DNA of 63,841 nucleotides, the filler included, from Octopus bimaculoides (lineage: Eukaryota), in the NCBI RefSeq assembly GCF_001194135.2. It is 9 parts of 9 records of this genome, joined end to end, with 100 filler letters (N's around TTAATTAATTAA, not from the genome) between each part and the next. Parts side by side here need not be neighbours in the genome. Positions count along the whole stretch, not along the records: positions 9,907 to 20,384 come from NC_068984.1; positions 20,485 to 36,912 come from NC_068987.1; 7 more parts are not named here. One strand, given 5' to 3'. The first letter of the stretch is position 1. The number at the start of each line of letters is the position of its first letter. The notes beneath the pieces were generated by a model that worked only from the letters and a program-made list of their open reading frames with translations, was not told the origin of the DNA and made no database searches. Below, piece by piece: positions 11,681 through 24,000 of this stretch. The position numbers and the translations under genes were made by a program.

Positions 11681-11739
11681 TCTCTCAATAATAATAATAA
11701 TGATGATGATGATGATGATGATGATAAGAAGCAGAAGAA

Positions 11740-12385
11740 GAATCATTTCTACTATTAGCACAAGGCCTGAAATTGTGGGGGAGGAGGCTAGTCGATTATC
11801 GACCCCGGAAGGATAAAAGGCAAAGTCGACCTCTGCGGAATTTGAACTCAGAACGTAAAGACGGACGAAATACCGTTAAGCATTTTGCCCGGCGTGCCAG
11901 CCCGACGTCTTTAATAATAATGATTTCAAATTTTGCCACAAGGGCAGCAATTTTGGGGTGAGGGGACGAGTCGATTACATTGACCTCAGTGTTCAACTGC
12001 TACATATTATATCGACCTCGAAAGGATGAAGGGGTCGACCTCGGTGGAATTTGAACTCAGATCAGTGTGATGGGCGAAATACCGCTAAGCATTTCGTCCA
12101 ACGCACTAACGATTCTTGCCAGCTCACCGCCTTCTTTAATAATAACAATAATAATAATAATAATAATAATCCTTTATACTATAGACTCAAGGCCTGAAAT
12201 TTTGGGGGAGGAGTTACGTTGATTACACATACCGCAGTACTCAAGTGGTACTTAATTAATCGACCCCGAGGAGGATGAAAGGCAAAGTTGACCTCGGCGG
12301 AATTTGAACTCAGAACGTAGCGACGGGCGAAATACCGCTAACCATTTCGTCCAGCGCGTTAACGATTTTGCCAGCTCGTCGCCTC
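11740..12385 (-). mobile_element. Three tandem copies of tRNA-derived SINE family B separated by (AAT)n
   Basis: Repeated GTCGACCTCGGCGGAATTTGAACTCAG...GAAATACCG..AAGCATTT (B box on the minus strand). Confidence 0.9.
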
Positions 12386-12409
12386 TTTTTTAATAAAAAT
12401 AATAATAAT

Positions 12410-12461
<52 letters not shown>

Positions 12462-14126
12462 GCAGCAGCAGCAACATCCATTCATGAATTTATTAATTTT
12501 TTAAAAAATACATATTTTACCTGTGAATTTGTGCGTGTAAACTGGGAATGCATACAATGAGTTTCTCTGCCCTAAGTGTACGGAAGACACTCGGCGAGAA
12601 ATGGAAGAAAATTTTGAAGAAAGAAGAAAAAACAACAACATAATCATAATAATAATAATAATAATAATAATGAGGAGGAAGGGGAGGAGGAGAAGGAAGA
12701 GGTGGTGGTGGTAGTGGAGGAAGAGGCGGGGAAGATGAGCATGAGAAGAAAGGGAAGAACGAAAAAAAAATATAAGGAAGAGATTAGGAAATTAAACTTG
12801 CAAGACAGTAAAAGACTAAAAGAAAGAATGTAAAGATTCTAAGCTATTTCTTACACACAGGCAAAGAAAACTGAAATAGAACTAGAGAGAGAGATAGAGA
12901 GAGAGAGCCAGAATGAATAGAGAGAAAGAGACGGACAGACGGAGAGCTAGAATGAATAGAAAGGGAGAGGGAGAAAATCCAGCACAACGAAGAAAAATAA
13001 GAGTTGTCTACTATATACGTACATAAAGAATCGGACTGATCTTTATCGGAAAGTTGTAAGCAAGGTTTTTACACATGCATACGAATCTCTTTGTCGAGAA
13101 AAATAACACGCATGTTACACTAACATGCACACAACGAAACACATGCACGCGCACCTACACATGCACACATGTATATATTTACACATGATGATGATCACAT
13201 ATGTGAGTGTGTATGTGTAATGTATACATATACCCCTATATATATATATGTATATATATATATGCGTATATATATGTGTGTGTGTGTATATATATATATA
13301 NNNNNNNNNNNNNNNNNNNNNNNNNNNNNNNNNNNNNNNNNNNNNNNNNNNNNNNNNNNNNNNNNNNNNNNNNNNNNNNNNNNNNNNNNNNNNNNNNNNN
13401 GGTGGTGGTGGTGGTGGTGGTGGTGGTGATGGTAGTGGTGGGGGAGTGAAGATGATGATGATGATGGTGATGGTAATGGCGATCCCAATCCACCACCCCG
13501 CCTGTACCGTGTTAAAATCAACAAACCGCAGCAATAGATATTTGCTCTGTAAACATGGAGCATTTTTGTGGTGCAGATTAGAGGGGTGCATATATAAAAG
13601 ACAGACAGACAGACAGATAGATATACTGACAGTCAGACAGATAGGTAGGTAGGTAGGTAGATACATAGATAGACAGACAGATATATACATAATCATGAAG
13701 CAGACAGATAAAAAGATAGATACACAGCCAGATAGATAGATGGCTAATTATGTAGGCGGTTAGGTAGAAAGATAGCGAAATAAATAATTAGATAGGCAGA
13801 GAAGCACACTGATAGATATATCGAATGATAGATAAAGATGATCTTGATCGATTTTATGTTATAACAATAGTAACTAGCTTTACTTATATTTATCGACCTT
13901 CTCCCACGCCGCAACCTACGCAGAAAATGGAACAATAAAATGAGGACAGAAAGGAATTTGAACTAAGGAACACTCAAAGAGCAGACAGGTGACTTTGTTA
14001 ATCAATATTATTGACCGTTTACCTTCAATTCAAAGGGACACTTATCTTTATTGTAAGTTTTGTTGTCGTTGTGTATTTCCTGGTCAGTCCTGATCAAATA
14101 TAATAACTGCCAAAGGACTCACTAGC

Positions 14127-14510
14127 GTGACCGTCCAGTCTGTTTCTATTCCATGGACTACATTGTCCAGTGAATATTTTTAGGGTTAAGAAAGTTGGTA
14201 AGCTGTAATTTGAAGGGGGGTGGTGGCTGATATTTCTCTAAGGTCAAAGAAGTTCAACTTGTGACCATCCGGGATACTTATATCCCAGAGACTAGTGTCC
14301 AGTGAATACTTTAAGGTTTAAGACGGTAAATGTTGTTTGATGGAGATTTTGCTGCTATTTCTAAAAGATGAAACTAGTCCCAAGCATGACCATCCAGAAT
14401 ACTACTATCTTACGGACTATATTGTCAAGTGAATACTTTTAGGCTTAAGAAAGATGGTAAGGTGTAGTTCGAGGGGCATTTGGCTGCTATTTCTACAAAG
14501 TGAAGCGACC
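14127..14510 (+). repeat. Three degenerate tandem units of ~125-134 bp
   Basis: Anchor (G/A)TGACC(G/A)TCC at 14127, 14261 and 14386; each unit contains GTGAATA and GCTG(A/C)TATTTCT. Confidence 0.8.
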
Positions 14511-14689
14511 ACTTTCTTCAACACAAGTATGCTTGCGGGTTTTACTTAGACGAGCCTTCGAGAAGCCTACATTTGGTTGTTCAATCTTTTGGAAATAGCA
14601 GCGTAATTACCCTCAATACACTGTCTTAAAAAAAGACACATTGGATATCATTATATCAGTCTATTGACCAGACTATTGGATATGGTTGT

Positions 14690-14920
14690 ACATCGCTGGC
14701 CACAATGCGTTTCTTGACATTATTTTAGCCTTCAAAATGCTACCCCCGCTGGTTAGACGGACAAACCAACATTCTCCACTGATTGGGATGCCAGTCCTTT
14801 GCTGAGTTGACTGGAGCAACATAAAATAAAAGGGTTTTACTGAAGAACACGACGCTCGCCGGTCCGGAAATGGAAACCACAATCGCAAGAGCATGAGTGC
14901 AACGCCGTAATCACTAGGTC
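14690..14920 (-). mobile_element. Degenerate tRNA-derived SINE
   Basis: tRNA-like head on the minus strand followed by a SINE-like body (GTTGCTCCAGTCAACTCAGC). Confidence 0.5.
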
Positions 14921-15081
14921 ACACAACTCAGATATAACATTTGAAAATAAGATGCAGTTGAACACTTTTGATCATTGCTTTGTTCGACCAGGATTAACGT
15001 AAACTAACCAGAAATTATTTCATTGATCAAAGAGGGATTGATTAGTAGGAAAGACAGTCTCGATAGGGAGCCAACGAAGAA

Positions 15082-15122
<41 letters not shown>

Positions 15123-15124
<2 letters not shown>

Positions 15125-15330
15125 GGGATAAAAATCCAAATTTACAGGTAAAATCTCAATTAAATTCAATTTGTCAAAAATTAAAATTAAAATAAGTTTC
15201 ACAGTATAAAATATATATAGTTTTAGGGAAAAGAACCAAGGTTCATGAACTCATCGATGAAAATCCACTGTCACATATAGAAAAATTAATAAGTAAAGGC
15301 ACAATAAATGAGTATAATATAATACAAAGT
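15123..15330 (+). repeat. Second copy of the 10611 repeat family after (AAT)n
   Basis: TAGGGATAAAAATCCAAATTTAC...CATCGATGAAAATCCAC aligns to 10611-10760. Confidence 0.85.
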
Positions 15331-15620
15331 AAATATCATAAGATATATATGATTTGGATAAGTAACATTCGCATTGTATATATTAATTTTTTTAAATCTC
15401 TTTATTGACGTGCTGAAAGACTTTGAATGGAAACAAGATGAGTTGCAAGGTGGGTGTTGTATATAATTTTCATGAAAACCGAAGTGACGTTACAAAACAC
15501 CGAAATAATTTGATATTCTATACAAAAAAATAGAAAAAATGTTTATCACGTGAGCACGGTTGTCATTTTCTTAGCGATTATTTGCTCGGATGGAACACCC
15601 ATGGCTTTGTTGTGAGAAGT

Positions 15621-16060
15621 AGAGGCGTAATGGCCCAGTGGTTAGGGGCAGCGGACTCGCGGTTGTAGGATCACAGTTTCGATCCCCAGACCGGGCGTTG
15701 TGAGTGTTTACTGAGAGAAAACACTTAAAGCTCCAAAAGGCTCCAGCAGGGGATGGTGGCGAACCCTGCTGTACTCTTTCACCACAACTTTCTCTCTTTC
15801 GTTCTGTTTCTGTTGTACCTGTATTTCAAAGGGCCAGCCTTGTCACACTCTGTGTTACGCTAACCCCCCCCCCCCNNNNNNNNNNNNNNNNNNNNNNNNN
15901 NNNNNNNNNNNNNNNNNNNNNNNNNNNNNNNNNNNNNNNNNNNNNNNNNNNNNNNNAAATCTGTGGAGTGCTCAGCCACTTGCACGTTAATTTCACGAGC
16001 AGGCTGTTCCGTTGATCGGATCAACTGGAACCCTCGCCGTCGTAACCGACGGAGTGCCAC
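15621..16060 (+). mobile_element. tRNA-derived SINE family C
   Basis: A box TGGCCCAGTGG and B box GTTTCGATCCC; body interrupted by a gap. Confidence 0.8.
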
Positions 16061-16989
16061 CAATGTTGTGAGAATATTAATACTTTTTATCTTTTATTTG
16101 TTTCAGTCATTAGACTACGGCCATAGTGGGGCATCGCCTTGAAGAAGGTATTATCTTTTGTAACACATTGTTGAAAGATTTCTTTCTGTGGTAGGATACG
16201 GCCATGTCCGAAATTTGCTTACTGGAAGCGAAATCTGCAAAAGTGCTTTGCTTTAGCTTTTGTAGTGGTTGATGCCGCTGCAGCCAAGCGAGTCGCTAAA
16301 ACATTTTCAGTGCTATCATTACAAGACATTATCAAGAGTAAAGCCATTATTTATTTTCGTTTCAGTTGTAAATATTTTGATGCAAAATTATCCTGTTCAT
16401 ATTATTATTTTTAATTGCTGCCAACGGTGTACTTTTCACAGATTTTTAAAATCTTCGGTATGGTTGTTAAATCAACAAACAAAAATAATAATAATAATAG
16501 TAATCCTAATAATATTACGTTATTTATCTTTCATAAGAGCTAACAAAAGAGGTTTGCTATGCAGCAGAATGAAATACTAATACTTATAGAGATATAATTG
16601 ACCATTGTTATGCGACTGCAGAAATTTCTCAGTTATTGCTAGTTGAGACCCGAAGACTATTAACGAATCTATTGCCAGAATTTATTCATAAACACATAAT
16701 AATCAACATAAAAGGATAAAAGATAAAATTAATATTCTAATAAATAGTTGTTGTTGTTGTTGTTGTTGTTTAATTCCAAGTCACATGATGAAACAGATCT
16801 ATGATCAAAAGAGTTCCAGCCATGTTTATTTCATTTATGTTTGCTCATAAGATTTCTCTACGTTGTTGAGCAAGTGCATTAGTTTTCAAGAAGGCCTGGA
16901 GGCATTTGAAGGACACTAATCTGATCTTTCAACCAGTTCGAGTGACTATGCAATAGGTTCCCAAAGATCGATATCAAACTGTACACATA

Positions 16990-17275
16990 TATGTCTTCTT
17001 CTTCGCCCTTTCAAAGCCTAGCCAGGCTCATGGGCCCGGTTTCCCGGTTTCTATGGCGTATGTGTTCCACCCAGCTGGACGGGACGCCAGTCCATCGCAG
17101 CGTTACTCAAGAAACAGGAAGAAAGAGTGAGAGAAAGATGGGGCGAAAGAGTAAAACAGGGGTCGCCACCCACCCCTGTTTTATACCATGACAAAACAAT
17201 GTAGATGATAACATTTCCAATCAGTTAAGATGAGAAGCCACGAAAGCCACTGCCTGGTACTGCATCAGTTATTAT
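16990..17275 (-). mobile_element. Chimeric repeat (head of the 11195 family joined to the body of SINE family C)
   Basis: Minus-strand junction GGTATAAAA|CAGGGGTGGGTGGCGACCCCTG. Confidence 0.65.
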
Positions 17276-17596
17276 TATTATCATCATCATCATCATCATC
17301 ATCATCATTATTATTATTATTATTAATAATAATAATAATTATTATTATTATTCATATACACACAATGGATTAGACTATTGAAAAAGAAAAAAATCCTAAC
17401 ATCAGACTACTAGAAGTAACCTTAGATGCCAAGAACCCTCCTAAGTATTTTAGCTATCCCATATAACACTGCTTTCTTAATATTGAATTCCTTTCTAGTC
17501 CTGGCTAGCTTTGCTAATTCAGTTTTTTGTCCAATCTATAAAAACTGCTGAGTATCTAAGTAATGATACTGCCCAAGAATTTACAGCCTCCACTAG

Positions 17597-17635
<39 letters not shown>

Positions 17636-18184
17636 TAAACAGAAATGTGTCATAAATGTAACATCAGAGTAATCAATTCGTGTTACTCAATGGTTTTGTG
17701 TTCGAGTACCTTCCAAGTGAGGAAGGGTAAATTAGAAGTCGTCAGACATATTTGAATTGAAGAGTATAGGTTGGGCTCTTTTTTTACTGGAAGTCTGAAA
17801 ACGCTACATCTGGTTTACAAGTTTCAGAGATGTAAAACCTAGAAGGAAAACCAGGAATGGAATAACAATCGAGACCAAAGCTGGCTCTAAAGCTTATCGG
17901 TGTTATTCTCCTTAGATTGTCCATTTAGTCATTGTCAGCGTTCAAGTGGCAACTATCTAGTCCAACTTTCTTGAATACATGATCGTGGAATGAAGAGAAG
18001 GTAAGGGTGATGGGTGAAGGTGATGCAGAAAGAGAGAGATTGAAATTGGAGAGAGAGATGCAGGAAGACTTAAACAGAAACAACATGCGTGAGCGTCTAC
18101 ATATGTATGTGTAAGCGGTGAAATTCTTTCTTATGGTGACAGGATTTCAAACGAAGCAAATATTGACTGCAAAAATGGAAAGAA

Positions 18185-18490
18185 CCAGTTAGATAGAATA
18201 TATTTCTGGACATGAGAACAGGGGCAAAAATTTCGCTTTAAGAGTCCAGGAAGGCCTCTGGGTGAATGTTTTAGAATAATCTTTTCTGTTAAGGAAATCT
18301 GAAGCCTCATACTGTTGTTCAGATAAGGTCTACACTTTTCCAATGATCTCCAGATCATATTGCGCAACATTTTCTTTCAATAGTCATATGTATCTCACCA
18401 ATGTCATCACGTTACGCCTTACTTAGATTTATTTAAAGAGGACTTGTGATTGTTGTTGAGCCTGTTCTGCAGGGAGCTTCCCTTCCACTC
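18185..18490 (-). mobile_element. Penelope-like GIY-YIG endonuclease C-terminal remnant
   Basis: SLQNRLNNNHKSSL...IWRSLEKCRPY...LTEKIIL...CSHVQKYILSN follows the PLE endonuclease pattern; contains stops and frameshifts. Confidence 0.7.
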
Positions 18491-18592
18491 AAATATTTGT
18501 GTACTTGCGTCACTCGCTATTCCACAGCGAAAGTTATCCCACATCCGAGTCTACCCGAATTTGTTCAACGCTGCTTAGTGCGACTTAAACTA

Positions 18593-18637
<45 letters not shown>

Positions 18638-18747
18638 ATTTTTTTAAAAAAACAGAGAGAAAGAATGAAAAGGAAAAAACAAGCAAACGTTTGGACGTGG
18701 CACAAGCAATGTATTAATAAGACGCTCAGAGAAAGAAAAGAGTCGAA

Positions 18748-18782
18748 GTTTTACGTTTCGAGCATAGCTCTTCTTCGGAAAC
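18748..18782 (-). ncRNA. Minimal hammerhead ribozyme motif with CCGAAGA core
   Basis: GUUU-CCGAAGA-A-GAGC(uau)GCUC-GAA-ACGU-A-AAAC: perfect stems I and II, palindromic stem III, GUA triplet. Confidence 0.75.
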
Positions 18783-18849
18783 AGGAAGAAACAGGGAAGT
18801 CCAAGATGGAGGAAAAGAATTACCAACAATCACGTGTGGCTACATTTTA

Positions 18850-18880
<31 letters not shown>

Positions 18881-18944
18881 GTATATATACGTATATGTGT
18901 GCATGTAGTACGCATGTATGTATGTATGTATGTATGTATGTATA

Positions 18945-20130
18945 CAGTGGCCTACGAAAAGCTTTTAACTGCCCGTTGTTTTTTTCATTTTTATCATTTA
19001 GATGTCTTCTCTTTTTTTTAAGTACATATACGAGCTCAGTTGCATTTATTGGTTAACTGAAACTTTTAATTTATAAAATACAACAATGAAAACCATTGGT
19101 GAAAACAGTGAATAGCATAACAGAGAGGTGAATTGAAAAAGGACAATAACGAGTGAAGAAGAAATCTGGGAAGCCGCAGAAATTTTCTGAGAAAGTAAAA
19201 GTGGTAGTTAAGATGGAAAGTATTAAAACATCATCTTGCAGTTGTTAGAGATGTTACAAATTCTGTGGATATGTCACCACACTGCATACGAATATTACAG
19301 GAAGACTAAGGATATGGACCAAGAGTTACAAAAGAAAACAAAAAAACCAATGATTTCAAAAGCTAATAAGACCAAACTATTTAACTGGGCTAAAGAGGAA
19401 CTGTAACTGCAAGGAGAAAGGTGATTTTTTTGGTCATCAGTAACACGTATAACATAATCTGACGAATGCAAATTCTGTGAATGTTCCAAATATGTTTAAC
19501 GCAACAAACTTCGACTCTCATGTTAAAAAAAAAGTTCCTTGTATACGATCTTGAATATCACTCTTTGATAACTGATATCGAAAATTAGAGCTATTTCTAG
19601 ACTGGACTTTTAACATTGAAAGCAGACGATCCCTTGCTTTCGTGCAAATTCAAAGGTATCGTTTTTTACCAATGACTTCAATTGTTGTGTTTTATGTAAT
19701 TAGAATTACAGTTAAAAATAACAATAAAGTTCCAATGTTTCAACAGGGAGCTTTATTGGTTTCGAGGAACAGCTGAACATAAAATAATTTTACTTATTAC
19801 TTAGGGGAATGTAGTCTGAGCGATAATTCGAACTTAGTCACGTTAAAATTTTTTTTAACCAACAATATCGTCTGCTACCCATCTATTCCAATGTTGAAAT
19901 TGATAAGATGACCAATTTTTCTCAAGAAGTTGAAACGCCATGCTATAGTAACAAGATATGATAACTTCAGAAAAGAACTCGTGGAATCTAATCACTGGAT
20001 TAGATTGTTCCAATTCCGATCTTAACCAACAGAATAGAAATTATGGACAATTTGCTAGAAGACTGCGAGCAAGATCATTGAAAATTACATCAAATGTGTA
20101 ACTGGAATAAGATTTAACCGAAGAATGAAT
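18945..20130 (+). mobile_element. Heavily decayed Tc1-like element
   Basis: TA|CAGTGGCCTACGAAAAG TIR-like start; KKPMISKANKTKLFNWAKE at ~19341-19397; SPDLNPIE-like remnant near 20012-20045. Confidence 0.5.
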
Positions 20131-20320
20131 AATCATAGATCAGTCTGGAATAGACAGTTTAATCAAGTCTATACCTATTTGAACAAAAGTTGTGATATTA
20201 GCTAAAAGATATCCTACAGGGTACTAACAGAAAATTTTATACAGTTTTGGAATAATTGTTCACGAAATTATTACAAGTGTTTTATTACCATGGTATGCCA
20301 GTGTATGTAAGTGTGTGTGC

Positions 20321-20384
<64 letters not shown>

Positions 20385-20484
20385 NNNNNNNNNNNNNNNN
20401 NNNNNNNNNNNNNNNNNNNNNNNNNNNNTTAATTAATTAANNNNNNNNNNNNNNNNNNNNNNNNNNNNNNNNNNNNNNNNNNNN
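20385..20484. other. Artificial assembly spacer
   Basis: N44-TTAATTAATTAA-N44. Confidence 0.97.
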
Positions 20485-20748
20485 TGGTCTTACTTGTCTA
20501 ACAAACTATACTGCTATACCGGAGTGGGTGTTATAACAGTCCGACAAAGGATTACAACAGTGGCGACGAGGAATTAACAAACTCACAAGGAGTAACGAAA
20601 CTCACAAAAGTTCTTTTTTTTTTGCGCGAATTTTACGGTATACAAAATCGTAAAATTATGGAAAAATTGTTGGCCGGCTTGCTCGAGTTGCAAAAACAGC
20701 AACAACAACAACTGAAAGAACAACTGCAAGAACAACAGCAGAAGCAGC
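20485..20748 (+). mobile_element. Gypsy LTR retrotransposon 5' remnant: LTR end, PBS and gag start
   Basis: ...TACAACA|G|TGGCGACGAGGA (PBS 20561-20572, complementary to the tRNA-Ser(GCU) 3' end); ATG at 20658 gives MEKLLAGLLELQKQQQQQ. Confidence 0.75.
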
Positions 20749-20771
20749 TGTGTGTGTGTGTGTGTGTGTGT

Positions 20772-21013
20772 GTGGAAAAGGCTAGCCACTGGATTTGATT
20801 AAAAAAAGACGGTGAGCGATGGCTAAAAGAATATTGAGCTTTATTTGATAACCAGTTGATCTGGCAAGCGGGGCCCTCATATCATGATGCGGTCGAGAGG
20901 TAGGCCCCGAAACGGCGCGCATTCTCTCCCCTGATGACCCCCATACACTTGCTGATTTCCAGTATGCGGAGCTTTCGACTGGTAGTACTTGCATGTGCAA
21001 GTTGTTTGCAAAA
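20772..21013 (+). repeat. Direct-repeat copy of the Hero element 3' end (ORF C-terminus plus 3' UTR)
   Basis: Aligns to 24207-24465 with substitutions and a 21-nt deletion. Confidence 0.95.
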
Positions 21014-24000
21014 CATGTAAGACCTTGTGATAGGTAACAACTGACATACTGAAAAAACGCTAAGGCATCTTGGAATGACTAGAGGACTGCTCGAAAAGAC
21101 GACCGGACAATGGAAAAGACTATCGACATCAGGAAAGACTGGCGGAGGCTGCGGACTTACAATCCTTGCCTCTGTATTGACCGAGAGGGGTGAGTCTAGA
21201 ATTAATCAAACCCAGTTAACACAGAAATGACCTTGAACGTGAATACGGCCATTCGTTCGAACAGCGAACGAAGTGCAAACAACTTTTGATGCAAGCTGTG
21301 CTGTAGGACCTTTGCAACCAAGGGAGGCTTGAAAATTCATCAGGGAAAGACTTGTAAGAAGCGAACAGAGCAGTGTGGATTATCTGATCGTAAAACACGT
21401 GGCAAATCGTCCCCGGACTCAAACCACAGCAGATCGCTAAATATTACAGCAAAGATCTCTTCCCGACAGGAAACTGCATGTTATGAAATTGGTGCATCAG
21501 ATAGTACTCGGAGGAAACTGAAGGTTCTGTAGCCTGCTTCTAATGAGAAAGGAAGATATAAAGAGCTTGAGAAATGATGGGATCTACAGTGGAGAAACTG
21601 GGAAAATTAACAAGCTCAATATACGATACAGGAAAGGAAAGGAATTGTTTGGGATGAAAGACAGTACCCGATTAGCGAAAGGTAAATGTGGACCAAGCAG
21701 GAAAATCAGGAAATGAAGCAGTCGAGGAAAGAAAAGAATAGCCTAAGAAAACGATGGAAATGTGTTGCGGAAGACGAAAGACCCGTCCTCGCGCTGCTGC
21801 ACGAATATTTAAAAAGACAAATGTCGTTATGTGCAACGACATATCCGCCGATATGAGCGAAGAAAGGAAAGTAAAAGGACTCGGGAACAGTTTCTGATGT
21901 ACCCATGCGGGCTTACTAAGAAGCTATTCACTGAACCAAAGAGTGGCACTTTATCATGCACAAAGAAGAATTGAATGCTCATATCAAAGTAACCTAGAGC
22001 GATCCACACCGTAACCAGTTACTGCCACCTATAAATGGGCTAAAACATCTCTTAGAACCTGATATCGAATTTCAAATTGAAGACATCAGGGAGAAAGACG
22101 TGAATGATTTCGTGAGAAGCGCTAGAGCAAAGAGTGCCCCAGGAGGTGATGGAGTCCGTATAAAGCATACAAATACTACAATCGTCTGCCAAAGAAACTC
22201 TTTAGGGCGATATCCTTATTGAATGTGGAAAGCAAGATCTTTTTGGGAATTCTCTCAAGGAGAACAGTGGCATACTTACAGAATAATGGATATGTTGATG
22301 AATTTGTTCAAAAGGCCGGAATCCCTGGTAGCACTTGCATGTGCAAGTTGTTTGCAAAACATCTAAGACCTTTGGAAAGCGATCCAGGATACCAAACAGA
22401 ACAAGACAAGTCTGAACATGGTATGGCTTGACCTAGCTAATGCATATGGCTCAGTGCCACACGAATTACTGATGAGAGCCATGAACCACTTCCACATTCC
22501 AGACAACGTAACAAGATTAATGAGAATGTAATATGACAGTTTCGAGATGAGGTTTACAGATGGAGATTTTACAACAGATTGGCACCGATTGGAGAGTGGC
22601 ATTGCTGCTGGCTGCACAGTATCTGTCACGTGGTTTGTCTTAGTCATGGAGATGATTTTGAAAGCAGTGGACTCTTCGGAACAAATCACCCGTGTGCAAT
22701 CACCTAAGAAGGCCTTCATAGACGACGTGACACTTCTATCAACAGACAAGCAAATCATGCAGAGTGCCCTTTTGATACTAGACGAGCTGATGAAGTGGTC
22801 AAGGATACGATTCAGAGCGAAAAAGTCGCGTAGTTTGACATTTATTAAAGGAATGCAAAAAGAAGTTTCAAATAGCTGAAGAAAGCATTCCAACAGTCAA
22901 GGAAGAACACGTCAAGAGCTTGGGGCGGGTATACGCTGGAACATTGTCAGATAGGAGTCGCGGAATGCAAATAATGAAACAAGGCGACGTTGGATTAACA
23001 GCAATTGACAACTCAAAGCTACCAGGTAAATATAAAATTTGGTGCTTACCGTTCGGCTTATATCCGCGACTTTCGTGGCCACATTTAATATACAAGGTAG
23101 CACTGTCACGAGTTCAAATCATTGAACAAAAATGTGTTCATTAGAGAGTGGCTAGGCTACTTCAGATATTAAATAGTTCAGCTCTCCATCGTAAAAGAGA
23201 CTCGTTGCAGTTACCACTGACGTCAATAGTCGAAATCTATAAACTAGGGAAGGTACGAACGGTGATGATGCTGAGAGAGTCGAAGCACATAGAAATCAAG
23301 CGTAATCTGCCAGATGTACAAACGGCCGGGAAGTGGAAAGCAGAAGCAGAGACTGATGACATTCTCTTACACACCGAGATATGTTGGGTGGAAGGGATTT
23401 AGTTTTGGTGCAGATCGGTTCAGACTGATTGCAAGTATGATGCGGAGTGAACACAGATTTGTTGCTAGCAATAGCGTTAAAACAAGAGAAACAGAAAAGC
23501 GAGCTTCATTTGATCCAATGCACTCAATAAGAACAGATGACGAGATGGGAGGAACATGTTGAGAGAAAATGAGATATGGAGGTGGACTACATCTCGGCAA
23601 AGTTTTCTGATTCGTTTATCCGAAGATGTGTTGCCATCTACAAATCTAGTAAGATGGAACGTCTCAGATAATGGCATACGCAAATTCAGAAATGTCGGAA
23701 CATTGAAGCATATTCTTTCCGGTATTCATTAGAATTGAATAGATATACATGGAGATAAAACCTGGTCCTTAAGGTTATGCTATAAAGAACCAAATTGCTC
23801 TCATCAACAGTGAGGAAAAAACGATGAAAGAACCATCCAGAGATTTCATTACCGTCGTGCGCTCAGGACAGCAGATCCGTTACAAGAAGAAAAAAACTTT
23901 CTGTGAGTAATGAAAAGTGGATCGGCTTTTGGGAGGTGGCTGCAGATTTACCATGGTGCCAAGGATTCTTTCCCATCCCAGTTGCGAAAAAACTGGATAT

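Noticed and set aside
20880-20940. Hammerhead in the Hero terminal repeat (GAAAC ... CTGATGA)
   Set aside because: The words are in the wrong order and spacing; stems I-III cannot all be formed. Kept only as a generic structure candidate.
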